Assembly (NCBI GenBank): GCA_965235115.1
Contig: OZ249437.1
Location: forward strand, 49,600,001-49,664,000
DNA length: 64,000 bases
Origin: Laetmonice hystrix
Lineage: Eukaryota
Reading direction: 5' to 3'
The notes under the pieces were generated by a model, which did not search any database, was not told where the DNA came from, and saw nothing but the letters and a program-made list of their open reading frames with translations. Shown here piece by piece: positions 1 through 12,381 of the stretch (position 1 is its first letter; every line of letters starts with the position of its first letter). The position numbers and the translations under genes are program-made.

Positions 1-91
1 TTTCCACTATTTGAACACCACTTTGGAAATGAAACAAATGGAGTTGAAATTCTATCCCGTTCTCAAGATGTAGGTTCCTACTTCACAAGTA

Positions 92-1891
92 TCAATGCCT
101 TATGTGATCGCAGTAGAATTTGACATGCTGTGAATCTTTTTTCAGCATCTTAGTCATGTGAAAGGGGAATATGTAATCAGCATTGCTCCGGCTCCCCGTG
201 ATGCTGCCATAGACGAGATATTCGGGGGTAATCTCGATGCACTCAAGCATGAGCATGGTGATGATATCGTACCGGGTGACCTCGGGGTCAGACAGGTACA
301 CGTCCGTGATTTGAGTGAAGAGGTTGGTGAGCCTACTGGGCAGATAGTGAACGACGTCAGACAAGTAGAGCACAGAGTTGGCTAGGCGAGGGTCGGCTCC
401 CATCTTGTTAAAGCACTGTTTCAGTTTCGTCTTGAACTTGCTGCCCATGTCGAGTCTGGGCAGCCAGGTGCTGAGGGTGGTCAGCACGTCCCTAGAGAAC
501 GTCAGGCAGCGTACGGCGCCCTGACGACACAGCGTTTGTAACGGCGCGTCATCCACCACGATATCCTGCGTCATCCACATCTGAGTCGGGCTGTGTGAAC
601 GCAGCTTAGCCGCCTGTAGGAACGCCGTCTCCGGGGCGTACAAGTAACCGCTCACATTGTACCCCATTTTGGTTGCCATGGCAATGCAGGACGCGGCCCC
701 GGCTTCGTTGGGAAGGGACACGGCAGAGACCCTCCAGTAATGAAGGATTGCTGGGTTGATCTGCTTGTGCTGGCTGCTTGTGATGCAGTAGAGGATATTG
801 GGAAATGAAGCTCTGTACCAAGCCTCTAAGATTGGAATGGCATCGGGTTGACCGTTCATGTGGATAACGAGCAAGGTGTCAGAGAACATGCCTACTGGAG
901 CGTTCATCCGGGATACTGGAGGAGGCTGGAGGACCACCTGACCAGCACACACTGACGTCACAGCGTCCCAAACCTGAACGCGGCTTAACACACTGTGTGG
1001 CAGGAAATTATGGATGGAGTGAGGCAGCGACGTGGGCTGTTCATACGGGTAAAACGTGGCTTCCTGTAGTTGACTGTCCGACCCTGAGCACAGAGTTGGT
1101 TGTGGGTCCTTGAGTGATGGAGGGATGTAACCCAGTCCAGACAGGTCTTGTAACCAAGCGTCGACGATATCAACATCAATTTGCTGCCAGAAGCCTGCTG
1201 AAACCATGTGACGTGCAAGGTCTGAGATACAACTGAAAAAGTGCATGCGAGAACACTGCCAGCGTCTCAAAGATTCCAAAAGTTCTCCCATTCGTATAAA
1301 GTCTGTTTCCTGTTTGGCATCACTAATGGTATTGTGTTTATTGCGTCGATGAATTATGTTAGGAGGGTAAAATCCAACTTGTCCTGCAACAAGCCAGAGA
1401 AGACGCTGTGCCCAGTAACTCCTGTAAATGTCACATGTACGAAATGACGTCGTTGCCGGTAGAACCAATGCCCAGAACGCCTTATAACGGTAAAGTGTGT
1501 TCTGCGAGTTTGTCGGAGCAAACGTGCCGTATGGAAGAACTACCGGTGGCGCATGCGTGTCAAAGTTGAGGTCCATTGGGGTTTGGGCGTGTTTTCTTGT
1601 CAGCCTGAAGATGGCGTCGACGTCGGGGTCAGCGTTGGTGAGACCTTGTTGGATGGCGGGGGCATGCATGGCGGTGCGCAGGACGTAGTTATGGGGGGTG
1701 GGTTCTCCGATGTGTTCCAGTGGGAATCCTCTTGGCCAGGTGGTCGACTGACCGAAGTGAACGTACGGATTGTACGACAGGTTGGTGGTACAGACGGTAA
1801 GCGCTGACACTGGGGACGTGGTGTGGAAACTATGCAGGTCGTCCATCGGCAGGTTGTCGTCATCCACCTCGTAAATCACCTCGGCGCCATG
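92..1891 (-). CDS. Paralog A terminal coding exon (rest of N-terminal GT domain and whole C-terminal domain)
   Basis: Acceptor tgtaattcag| then HGAEVIYEVDDDN; 1800-nt open frame to the stop ending at 92 (ORF 92..1879). Confidence 0.92.
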   Translation of the reverse strand, partial: HGAEVIYEVDDDNLPMDDLHSFHTTSPVSALTVCTTNLSYNPYVHFGQSTTWPRGFPLEHIGEPTPHNYVLRTAMHAPAIQQGLTNADPDVDAIFRLTRKHAQTPMDLNFDTHAPPVVLPYGTFAPTNSQNTLYRYKAFWALVLPATTSFRTCDIYRSYWAQRLLWLVAGQVGFYPPNIIHRRNKHNTISDAKQETDFIRMGELLESLRRWQCSRMHFFSCISDLARHMVSAGFWQQIDVDIVDAWLQDLSGLGYIPPSLKDPQPTLCSGSDSQLQEATFYPYEQPTSLPHSIHNFLPHSVLSRVQVWDAVTSVCAGQVVLQPPPVSRMNAPVGMFSDTLLVIHMNGQPDAIPILEAWYRASFPNILYCITSSQHKQINPAILHYWRVSAVSLPNEAGAASCIAMATKMGYNVSGYLYAPETAFLQAAKLRSHSPTQMWMTQDIVVDDAPLQTLCRQGAVRCLTFSRDVLTTLSTWLPRLDMGSKFKTKLKQCFNKMGADPRLANSVLYLSDVVHYLPSRLTNLFTQITDVYLSDPEVTRYDIITMLMLECIEITPEYLVYGSITGSRSNADYIFPFHMTKMLKKDSQHVKFYCDHIRH

Positions 1892-4800
1892 CTGAATTAC
1901 ACAAAATACAAACCAGAAATAGAATGGACTGCCTTCTTAATATCCATACACTAATACCTAACAAGATTCCACGTTATTTTACCCTCTCAACTTTTGGTTA
2001 ATGGTTTCCATATATTAACTGGTTACTGGTTGCCACAAAAACGTTCAGCACTATGTCTAGTCTAATTCTTCTATTGTTACCTACCTCTGGAAAGGCTCAA
2101 ACAATTTCCATTAATTTACCCCGACTGAAGGAAACACGTGGGAGGTCTACACGAGAGTTCCTTCATGAGACAGTCCACTGATTCTACCAACAAACCACCA
2201 TACAGTTGTCCCACAACCTTGGTTGTATATCTTACCATCGGTAAATCTATTTACCTGAATGGCATAAAGGTATCCAAGAACCTTCCTGGCGTAGTTATCG
2301 TAGGGCAGCAGGCTGGTGACGGTGTAACCGAGGTGTTCCTGTTGGCTCAGGTCTAGGAACTTCACACCCGGGAGGCTGGTAAACCAACAATGATGACATT
2401 AACTACGGACCATGTACAGGGCTGAACACATGACATTGCATGCTACCTCGTGCCATCCGTCAACAACAAAACAATACAGGTCCGTGGGCTGGGAGGAGGC
2501 ACACGGCACGGGGGCAGTTCATTCCCGCTAATCCTGACAAATTGGGCTCGTTTTGACAAGCCCGTGCCTGTTTAATTTGATAGAAATATGCCCTCAGCGC
2601 CAAGTGTCCCGACATTCGGACCTCACCACGCCCCTAGAAATTATCAGCTGACTACATTCCTGGACAGGCGTATCAATCAACTTATAGAATTGTGAATTTA
2701 AGATCTCATTTTCGTAATTCACCTTTTAGTGGTTGAATCACGGACGTGACTAGCAGCACTAACAGTCTGCCAACAGATATGTACCGGTGACAGTCCGTGG
2801 ACCTGATATCAATGCAATCAGCAACTACACACGTCACAGTCTCGACATGATTCACACAGTAATCACCGATTTTATTCAGGTCGCTCTCATTCTGTCGACA
2901 GAGACATGGAATCTGACTTAACGTTACGTGATAGATTTTACGTGTTTCTTTAAATGCTAATTTTGGGCCTTTCTTGATCTATTCTACAGCGACAATAAAA
3001 TGACGGCAAATGGCAAGGAACTGATTTTAGCACGTATAACCTGTCAAAAATGTGTTAACTTTCGTACATTTTCAGGTGTTCATATTTCATGTCTCGAGCG
3101 ACTGCTTAAAATGGTCGCACGAAGTTCATCTAAATCATTATATAAATACCCCGATCAAGGTCAATCAAGATAATGCTCAAGGTCGGTACAAGTAAAGTTC
3201 ACTGATTCTTGTTCGAGTTTGATCTTCAAAAGTTCAATGCAAAAAGTTGAGAGTTATCTTAGTACACCTTTATTCATACCATCATAAGGTTGCCACCAAA
3301 AGTAGTCACCGTGACCTATGCAGGCTTTCTGAAACCATCTGAATTTTCTTATCGAAAGATTACACCGGTACTCAAAGTTCTATATTTTTGCATCGTATCA
3401 CTTTCTCAGATTAAACAAACAATGGAAGTGGGAAAAACCTAATGAATCAAAATAATCACAACTCAGCTATGCCGTGAGGTCTAAAAATAGGTAAACGGAG
3501 GTTGTGTAAATTAATTGCTGCACAAAAAGTGCGAGGAGACTGAAAGACGAGTGAAGGTAAAGGCCAACCTCCAGGAGGCGGGTGTCTTCCTGTCGCCGAC
3601 CACAACCATCTTCCATCCAGGAAACTTGACGAGTTCTCGGAGTGCGTGAGTTGGCTGCTGGATGGTGGTGACGACGATCCAGCGTGCGTGCGACTCCTGG
3701 GGATCGTCTTCCGGTCGGCTGCGCGCGCCGCCCGCGCCGCCACCGCCCCCGCCCAGCGCCTCCCCAACCACGCGAACTTCATCGAGAACCTGCCGGGCCA
3801 CAAACACCACATCAAACACCAAACTCTGCACCCAAATCGTTTTATAATGGACTTTTATAACACCGCTGATTTCATGAAATTCATCGGTGATAATGCGTCT
3901 TATCTAACCACATGCGCCATTATAATTTAACCAACGTACCAGTTATAAACATAATATCGGCCAACTGGACCCAACGAGCCCATCTCTTGAGAAGCTTACT
4001 ACAATTCACACCTGCCAGTTGTACATATAATTTCGTCCATGTATTCCGAAGGGAAGGCGGTTTAACGTTGCGCTCAACATTCTGTCTTCCATTCTCTTCT
4101 TCCATAAATATTTGTTCTACCTTGCTCCCTTTTTAGATGTTAGAGCAACCAAAACTGAATACAGCTACAGAAAACACAGGTTTAAATTTGTATATATTTT
4201 GTTCCTCTCCATGCCGTTCAGTTCTGTTGATGGTATGGTATTTTGGCCTTATAAACGTACCAGACAATACGCAGGTTAAATTTCAAAAGATCCCAGTTCC
4301 AAGAATAGAACGGGGTCCAAAGAACATCTTCCATGGAAATATGAAGTCATCTCATCAGGTTGCCATCGTTACAAGGATGTCAAAACGACTACCCCCCCTC
4401 GTGTACACCATTCCAAGAATGATATCTAGTGATAAAAGACAGCTCCATAAATTCAGACTGCCATCATTTAGCAATGAGCTTCATTGGGAGCCGGTCTACC
4501 ACATCAATCTAGACGGCGACGAGCACGATACTTTACCCATGCATATTTCAAAAACCTAATATTCCCTCAGGCAATTTCAACATTATTTGCTGACTTCAGT
4601 CAAAGCCTTCACGGTTGAAGCGGGTTCTGTTGGAAGGGATTTTACTTCTTCACGGCATCAAGTCTGTAGAATGATAACCGCTACTGCTGAATTAAAAAAT
4701 ATTACAGTTCACAAATCGATAGTGGCCACGTCATTCAGAATATAACCGCATCTTACTGGCATAATAACATGGCACGAAATTGTATTTCATCTACAGGATC

Positions 4801-7800
4801 TTTCCATAACCATCCTTAATATAGAACCACTAGTTCCTAAAAAGTGTAAGACAGGAATCGGAGAATTCATATCTCACAGTGGTTCTCAGCTTGGGTTCCA
4901 AGAACTAATGGAACACCACAGCTATGGTTCCTTGTTCTAAGATGTGTCTGCATCAAAATGTAATTCCAGGAAAAACGTCACGGTTTTTGTAGCTGTCAAT
5001 AATGGCATGTCCTGCATCTCCTGTTCTTAATGTATAACGGTTTACAGTTGGCGTCACTAAAGATAATGGATCGTCCCTTCAAGTGACCTGCTTGCATGCT
5101 GCTGTTTACCAAGGATTGTGCCTTTTTTCCCCTGGTCCTAAAGATGAAAACAACCCAAACCAATCTTCTACACACGAAATGGAGACTCACAGTATAAACG
5201 ACATTTCGCCTTGAAAAATTCCAAGTGTTCCGGTGCGACATGCGATGAATCAACGCAAGCGCCTTAAAAGCTCAGTGTATAAAGGCACAAGTTGTCTAAC
5301 ATTGGATGTAGTGTAGTTGACATTGACAAGCTTGCTATTTTGCCGTTTGTCAGGTGTACAGGGCCTGGGTGTGGCCCACATTGCTGAAAGGTCACGAGAA
5401 CGAACAGGCCTGTCATGTGACGACAAATAAACAATCTGCAAGCCAGATCCGCATTCACAGCGTATTCCTTGCTTATTCCCGACATGAGGAAGACACGGTT
5501 AAATCGAAAACTGCAATTAACGCGAGACTTTCAGCAGCACAAATTAGCTTTTCTCCTATCTGCGATTCCAGAAGGCCAATGAAGAATAGGTCCTATCAAT
5601 TTACTGTCGTACTGCCATTACGTCTCTATGTAGTAAACGAAGATGGGAGTGTGCTCGCCAAATCACAAAGTTTATCAAACACACGAACGGTGCAGCTGAG
5701 ACTGCCTGTTTAAAAAGCCTCAAATCTAATCAGATATAACCCTAACTGGTCATCCTTATGTTCTTCCTTTAACAGTTATGGACACTCACGTTTCACGAAA
5801 CCATTTCTGACTAAGGTAAAACATTAACCCCATCTGATATTTCGGTGCTCTTTAAAACTCACCAGAAATCTTTTTTATGTTTAAAGATGGCTAAAGATAG
5901 GTATGTCGTTTTTAGAATTCACAACGACGAAATTCTTTTAGTCTTTCACTGACAAAACAATGACAACCTTAGAACGAACTTATGGTGTTGATATGTGTTT
6001 TCACTCGAGAATATTCACACCTCAAAGATCACGAGCGAAACATCACTCACTACGACATATTGACAAGGGCCTTTCGTCCATTACTGTACAGAAACTAGGA
6101 TATAGTCGAGTTACTTCGCAATCACAATATCGTACAACTTCTCATTTTATCACTGTTTAATGTTTGTTCTTCCAATAACTGCCAACTGGTCGACTCCATT
6201 GGTGTCATTTGTCGTACAGGTTCCACCTGACAACAACAGGAGAAAAATGTCGGTGGAAACAGGAAACGACGGCGAATTTACGGCAGGACTTCCTCCAGGG
6301 CTTGGAGTTATTGACCGCGTAAGAAACCTTCTGTCGCAGAGAAAAGGAAACAAATGATTTAAGCATCGCGCCTCCTCGGCTTAGTCGGCTACACAGATCC
6401 CCTTTCATTACGTATTCATTGCTGCAAATCAATCTCATCACTTATTCATTTCGCCCATAAATCGGGTAAAAATCTCGGTCCAGTCACAGAGATTAGCCCA
6501 AAACCTTTGATCCGTTCTCACAGCCATCGCCTTGGGACAGGATCAACAGCTCATATAACTGCCAACACCGTCCGCACAGCCTCAATCCATAATCTGCCCA
6601 CTTTATTTTCGTGCCATTCAATTAATATTTCGGGATTTCACTCTCTCCTTAATTTCTTTTGCACAAACTGCTAATGCGGCTCAAGGAAAACCTTCCGTTT
6701 TCATTTGGTATCCTACTGCTAAAACCTTAACCACATCGATATCACCTAGATCTATGAAAATATCTGCCGCGACTGTTGGCCGTATCTGTACTTTGGTTCC
6801 CGGCAGGCTAAGATTACCATCCCTAATATTTCACGGAGGCTATAATTAGAAAGACTTATTCACTATATCGAATAGACTCCACTTCGAGGACGCCGCTGAC
6901 AGAATCTCAATCAGAACCCACCATGAGTAAATTATCTACAAAATTCCGCAGAGAATATATAAAACGAACAAGAATCAAGCGTACCACGACTGCGTGCAGG
7001 AAAAAGTTTGCTTCTATACCTTTAGCTTTCTCTCACTTCATTCATTTATAATAATGAATCAAATACATAGCTAGAGGTCCCATGCAGAAATTCACAAATG
7101 CCAACCTTTAAATAGGAGGAGGGCATAGTAGAGCAAATTTGATGTAGGAGTCGATATATAGTAGTCCGGGCGTACTGTCCTGATTCAGAAAGTCTGACCA
7201 CATCAGTCTTCTAGACTTGGATCTGGCTGGCTTGCCCGCCACGTGGGATTGTAATCTATACCATAACGGTTCGAGACACAGTTTAGTCTGCCGTTTTATC
7301 TCCGGTATCTACAAGGGCGACAGAGTATACTCGGTGCCAAACCGCTGGGGTCCTATGATTAACATATCAATACAGCCATACCCTGCCCACTCCACCCGGG
7401 CCGGGAATCAATTACTGCTACTGCACTGGCGGTCAACCTGCCGGCCAAAATATCTATACCCCTCAATTGGCCACCGCTGCCCATGCAATGTTCCCTTCTC
7501 TCCGCCTATGGCTAAAAGCAAGTTGCTTTCGTGCGTATTGATCAACATGTACGTTACTCCGAGGTATTTAATTTCCCATTCAATTTGTGTTTTTCAGCCA
7601 AAGGACCGTGCCACATAATAAAAGAGTCTGGTGCCCAGTGCTCGGCTGAAACGATCTGGCGCTCGTGTTGGCGGAGAGAAGGTAGGAGAGAGCACTTACC
7701 CAGTCTGTCGGCGGTCTCCAGAAGAGTTTCGAGAGTAGGAAGAGAACGAGGAGGCCGCAGCAGACGAGAGCGGCCAGACGCTTCTGCATGCGCCTCCCCA

Positions 7801-7801
7801 T
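92..7801 (-). CDS. STELLO-like (DUF288) type II membrane glycosyltransferase, paralog A; complement(join(92..1891,2255..2375,3569..3789,7700..7801)), about 747 aa
   Basis: Four GT-AG exons join in frame (2244 nt; intron phases 0,2,0). N-terminal basic tail plus hydrophobic segment, then family-type motifs WIVVTTI, WKMVVVGDRKTP, GYLYAIQHGAEVIYEVDDDN, WPRGFPL, IQQGL..DPDVDAIFRLT and DIYRSYWAQRLLW. Family assignment is from recalled motifs. Confidence 0.9.
2255..2375 (-). CDS. Paralog A exon 3 (S-LPGVKFLDL...VLGYLYAIQ)
   Basis: tttaccag| acceptor and CAG|gtaaat donor; phases 2 and 0 match the neighbouring exons. Confidence 0.88.
3569..3789 (-). CDS. Paralog A exon 2 (Gly-rich stem, WIVVTTIQQPT...GDRKTPASW)
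   Basis: Motif content; acceptor gcccggcag| in phase 0 (an upstream in-frame acceptor is also possible); donor AG|gttggc is weak but phase-consistent. Confidence 0.8.
4270..5720 (+). mobile_element. Highly degenerate non-LTR retrotransposon (LINE, possibly CR1/L2-like) reverse-transcriptase remnant in intron 1 of paralog A
   Basis: Eroded RT-like motifs in the expected order across frameshifts: IPVPRIERGPKN (cf. VIPIFKKG), SSDKRQLHKFR (cf. LSDCQYGFR), gacttcagt-c-aaagccttcacggtt (DFSKAF-TV), LLHGIK, KCSGATCDE (cf. KYLGVTID), YRAWVW. Alignment by eye; boundaries approximate. Confidence 0.4.
7700..7801 (-). CDS. Paralog A first coding exon (cytosolic tail and signal anchor MGRRMQKRLAALVCCGLLVLFLLSKLFW)
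   Basis: ATG at 7801, hydrophobic segment, consensus donor TGG|GTAAGT in phase 0. Confidence 0.78.
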
Positions 7802-10800
7802 GGCAACCGTCTCACCAGTTGCTCGGCCGCATCGCCTCTTTATACCGCTGCGTTTTTAGCCCACCTGCATAGCAGCAAATCAAAAGAGTTCACAGGCATG
7901 AGACAAACAATTACCTCGTCAACAATCTCCAGGAGTAACTGATTCCAACCAGTCCTAAATCAAAGAGCTCTTAATTAACTAGATGCAGTAAGACATAGAA
8001 GGCATTCATACCTGTTGAAAATGAATAAAACATCACAGACCTTTATAACAGGGCATTTACTATACGTGTATGAGTCAAGGCCGAGCTTTGGAAGAGCTCA
8101 GTGTCGGGTAACCCTGAGCGGCCATGAAAATCCATATGTCACGCACATGTAAATTGGCCGGGTTTGGCACCTTATAACAAGCTTCTAAATATGGGCAACA
8201 GGGGACAATAAACTCGTGCTGGGTTATGGCGTCGTTCTGCCCATAAATCAACCCTAACATCAGCTCGTGATTTACTCAATATCTACACTGGTTCTTCTAT
8301 TCTATATAATCTTGACAAAGGGAATCGGGGGGGGGGGGGGTGTCAGAGAGAGATAGAGAGACAGACAGACACAGAGGTGGGGCTTGAATCAGCGCGAGTG
8401 CTGTCCATTTTGAACCGGTTACTCCGTAGATCTTTGACGTAAAAATATAAATGACAAAGGTCCGACTCTCAGTATTATATACACCTCTACACCCACTGAT
8501 GATACCCCGGTCTCCCATCGGATTACTTCCTACGGAGCTTTCTAATTAGATTTACAAAAACCTAGGATTAAGGCTGAGCTGATCGTTATAATGGGTTGAA
8601 AATACATTAATAAACTTGCAAGTACTCGTGTGCTCTGAATTGGATGTAAAACCTGATCATCCGAGATAATTACCATACACACATGATAGACCTACACCAT
8701 TTCTCCTGTACAAAGTGTTCTTATCACATCGATATTAAACAGTCAGTAAGGACAAGACTTCAGCGAATATCCAACCTAATACTGAAAATTCTACTGTCTT
8801 CAGTGAGGCTTCACCGGATGGCCCGGCATCCCCTGCTCCTAACTTAACCAGGGGTTTGGGTTAATCTAAAGATCCATAACTACACACGACGACATGCTGC
8901 CTTGATCAAGACCGCGTTCTGGTTGAGGGGGAGGAAAGAAGAAAATCACCGGTACTTTCTACAAACCACTCTACTGGTCAGCGCTGTAAAAAAAATCTGT
9001 ATTGATTTTTCTTTGGCTTCATACTTTGTAATCATACAGTGACAACGTTACTTCTCATTGGGCAAGGGCATGGGAAGGTCAGGTAGCTATTTAGGGTCTA
9101 TCACAGGTGTTTGTGTGATGAATGTCCCAACGCCTCCTTTCATGTCAAAATCACATCTCAAAATCACGCAAGCTGCTGTCGTGTGCACTCTATTTTTAGG
9201 CCAGAACACATTTGTCCACTTGCAAATTGCTGGTTCATTTAAAAGGTGGCTACCGACCAGATGTGGCTGGAGAAAGGGGACAAGGCAAGGTGGGAAAGTG
9301 GAAGGGGCAGTGCGAGATGGTTGTCTGGCTATGTGAATCACGTGGAATGCCTGTCTTGATCATGCCAGGGAGCTCTTTCAGCTATGTGAGCTGCCTGTTT
9401 AAACCATGCGGGGTTGGTGTCAGGTAGCTGTTTCAGTTGGATGTTCGGTACCAGTTTTGGGGTGTCACTGTCAGGGATGGCTGTTCAAGTCGAATAGGGT
9501 GGCTGTTGGCATTGTTGGGGATGGTTGCTTGGGTTGTTGGTATCGACTGTTTAGGCTGTATGGAGCTGCTGTTAGGATTGCTCTCGCACTAATCGGGCTA
9601 TGTTGGAGTCCTGCCACACCCTCTTCGTACATTATAGCAATCAATATTCTAGCCACAAGTTTCCTGAAAACCCTTTATTTTATTACCACAAAGACAGCAG
9701 ATAGAAGCTAGTCGGCTTACCCTATAATAGTAGAGGTATTACACGTGCCTCATACATCTATATTTTCCCAAACGTGAGAGGTTCTTGGACATTTATCTGT
9801 GTTTTGAGGTCACCAGGGCATTGGTCTGCTTATCGTAACTCCATAATCCAAATAAATGACATCATTAGGTATGCAGAGGTGGAGGTGACCGAGTGTATCA
9901 GCTGAATAGATACGTGGGTCAGTACCTCACTGATAACGAGTAAACTACTCACGTTACATCCTGTAGGCAATGTTTCAGACATATTCTGGCTGGGACTGCA
10001 ACGTTTATAACTTGTACAGTCTAGGTCTATTGGGTTGTGTATGTGTGTGTGTGGGGGGGGGGGGTATTTGGTGTGGAGCCTGGGGGGGGGGGGCATGATG
10101 AGGATAAAGCGCACAGGAGGATGGCTTTATTAGTACAGTATCATTATCTTCATAATATTTAATCTTCCACGCCTTGCTTTTGAAAAACTGAAGGCTCACA
10201 ACAAAAAGCACATCTAAAATGATGGAAGGCACAATTTTTAATGGTCTTCAGTTATGAGCAATAGTAGGGGTTTGACCAGCCTTTTATTCTCGTATCAAAT
10301 GTGATGCCGATACCAATAGAATACTGTACTGATTGCAAAACTGATAGGTGTGTGGTCGCCGGGAGAGTGTAACTAGATTTTGTTTAGCGCGCCTTAAGGG
10401 ACTATAGCCTTTATTAGGTGCATTATGGTGTGCACACAATGGTAGGCTACGCTTTAAAACACATGGCCTGCTTTTCATTTTATCCTTAGAAATACAATTT
10501 GCTTTCTTTTGAAACAGTTGCTGCTAGATCACTATCGTAAAAATAACAACATGTTTGGTACATCTGGAACATAAATGTAAAAAAAAAACCATCAAATAAT
10601 TTCACTTTAGTGAGATATACCACCAAATCAGTTGAAGTATGCAAGGTTGATTCCGACTTTAGCACACGATGACAGAAAAAAAGGGAAAATTCTTATGTAA
10701 ATGCAACATGTAAACTGAATCATGAATCCAGTGGTATGTATAGAAAGTGGGGTGGGGATTATGCTAGTGAATAAGCCTACCAGTAGGTTATCTCCATGCA

Positions 10801-11099
10801 GTAGTAGGCCTCTGTATAGAAAGGGGGCAGGGATATGCTATAGCTATAGGCCTACCATATTAGCCTATACTAGGCCTATAGCCTAGTATAGGCCTATCTG
10901 TAGCTTTATAATTAAATACTGACCAACTCCTATGCGGAACCCTTTTTACATTAGATCACCTATTCGACCAACGCCTTATCTTGGGCTCGCATGTCGCTGG
11001 AGCACACCACGGCCCGCAGTAATCGTTTCGCCTGTTATCCCTCATTTATTACTTTGCGGTTTACCTGGACATTGCCACTGAACGGCGGACATTCGCGCC

Positions 11100-11650
11100 G
11101 AAAATAAAAACATGCGTCGGAAATGATCGCCACTCGGTTGCCATGGTCAAGATATGGACCAGATCAAAGGTAATGTTCTATTTTAGCATACGTTTCAGAT
11201 CGACGTTAGGTACTAATGCCAACAGACGTACATGCAGACGAAGAGTGTATCGGTGTGGCTGTACATGGCCACGACCGCATCTAGCGTGCATGCCGGGGAG
11301 GCCAAGCCAAGGCGGCCGCTATCGCCAAGCATGGAAAGCCCAGCTTTTAAACGGCAGTGTGCGGCCATATATAAGCTCTGCCCTCCAAGATAATCGTGTT
11401 TCTTGTACGGCGATTGGAGGGAGGACCTGACTTCTATTCCTGCCGCCTACTACCCCGTTGTCTGTCCAAGAAACAACCCCAGAACCAAGCTCTCACTTAC
11501 CGTGATCAGCGGGTGACATGACCCAGTTCAGCCTTGTCGATAGCTAGGTAAAACGCAGCACCAAAATAAGGAGTAGTCGAAACGGACCGCGCGCCTTGTT
11601 GTGGGCTGCGGAAACCGACGGCGTGTGGTAAATGGGCGGCCCAAGCAGCT
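11100..11650. promoter_or_regulatory. Candidate shared promoter / 5' non-coding exon region between the divergent paralogs
   Basis: Locally GC/CpG-rich; TATATAAG at 11368..11375; plus-strand donors AAG|GTAATG (11170) and TAG|GTAAAA (11548); minus-strand donor ACG|GTAAGT (11500). Both ATG exons have upstream acceptor-like sites (7865 minus, 12265 plus). Confidence 0.35.
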
Positions 11651-12273
11651 CACGGAACATTTGGTCTGTTCAAGTGCAAGCAAGATAAATTTCCTCATCA
11701 CTGGAGACAGAAAATCAATGGCCTGAGGAGTGCACAGGAAATAAGTAGCAGCTTTCATTCGTGATGGTGCTTTCGAAAACACAGAAATAAATCTTGGGCT
11801 CATGGATGCGTGCCTTTAAAAGTGCATGTATGTGAGCAGTGTAGAAAGATACCCAAAATAGATGTGTTCCTTTTTAAACATTTCAATAAAGTATAAAGGA
11901 ATCATTTCTCCGTGCAGTCATAATGCCAGGGACCATTTCTCCCGCCTGATGCCAAGTTGCTAGTCTACCCGGCACGGTACTTACATTATAATATATATTC
12001 CAAAAGATGTTTGGGAGTGAGTGAGTGGGGGAGTGAGTATAGGCCTAGTTGGTGTTTAACGCCCAGTCAGTCGTATTTCACCTAGATCTATATTAGGGCG
12101 AGAACAAGGTAACTGTCAGTCGGAGAGATGGTTCTGAATCGAACTTCAGTAAACTAAAGATTTATAGTTACCTATATATCATCTTTATTATTATAGAGTA
12201 TAGATAATAGTACATGTACCGTATTGTAGAAGTTATAATAATTGTGATTTGATTTTCTGTAAAAGTGACGTAG

Positions 12274-12381
12274 ATGACCTTCGAACCAATGGCCATGTGG
12301 CGGTGGACTTGGTGGTCAAGGACGACCAGACGACTCGCACCGTTCGCCCTCCTTTTCCTGGTCTTATACATTATTTATCTG
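12274..12381 (+). CDS. Paralog B first coding exon (Trp-rich tail and signal anchor FALLFLVLYIIYL)
   Basis: ATG at 12274 (in-frame ATGs at 12289 and 12295 are alternatives); donor CTG|GTAGGT in phase 0. Confidence 0.75.

Noticed and set aside
158-1863. Antisense and alternate-frame ORFs overlapping the large glycosyltransferase exon (similar shadows occur over paralog B and neogenin exons)
   Set aside because: Typical shadow ORFs of GC-rich coding sequence with no independent motifs.
5500-6950. Ty3/Gypsy or second LINE remnant on the minus strand (VVVNSKNDIPIFS, DIFIDL)
   Set aside because: Motif matches are too weak and the spacing is inconsistent; part of the region is better explained by the plus-strand LINE remnant. 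Needs a profile search.
11137-11150. RFX X-box-like GTTGCCATGG here and overlapping the paralog A start codon (7798..7807)
   Set aside because: Only half of the palindromic consensus matches, and the 7800 copy is explained by a Kozak-type GCCATGG context.
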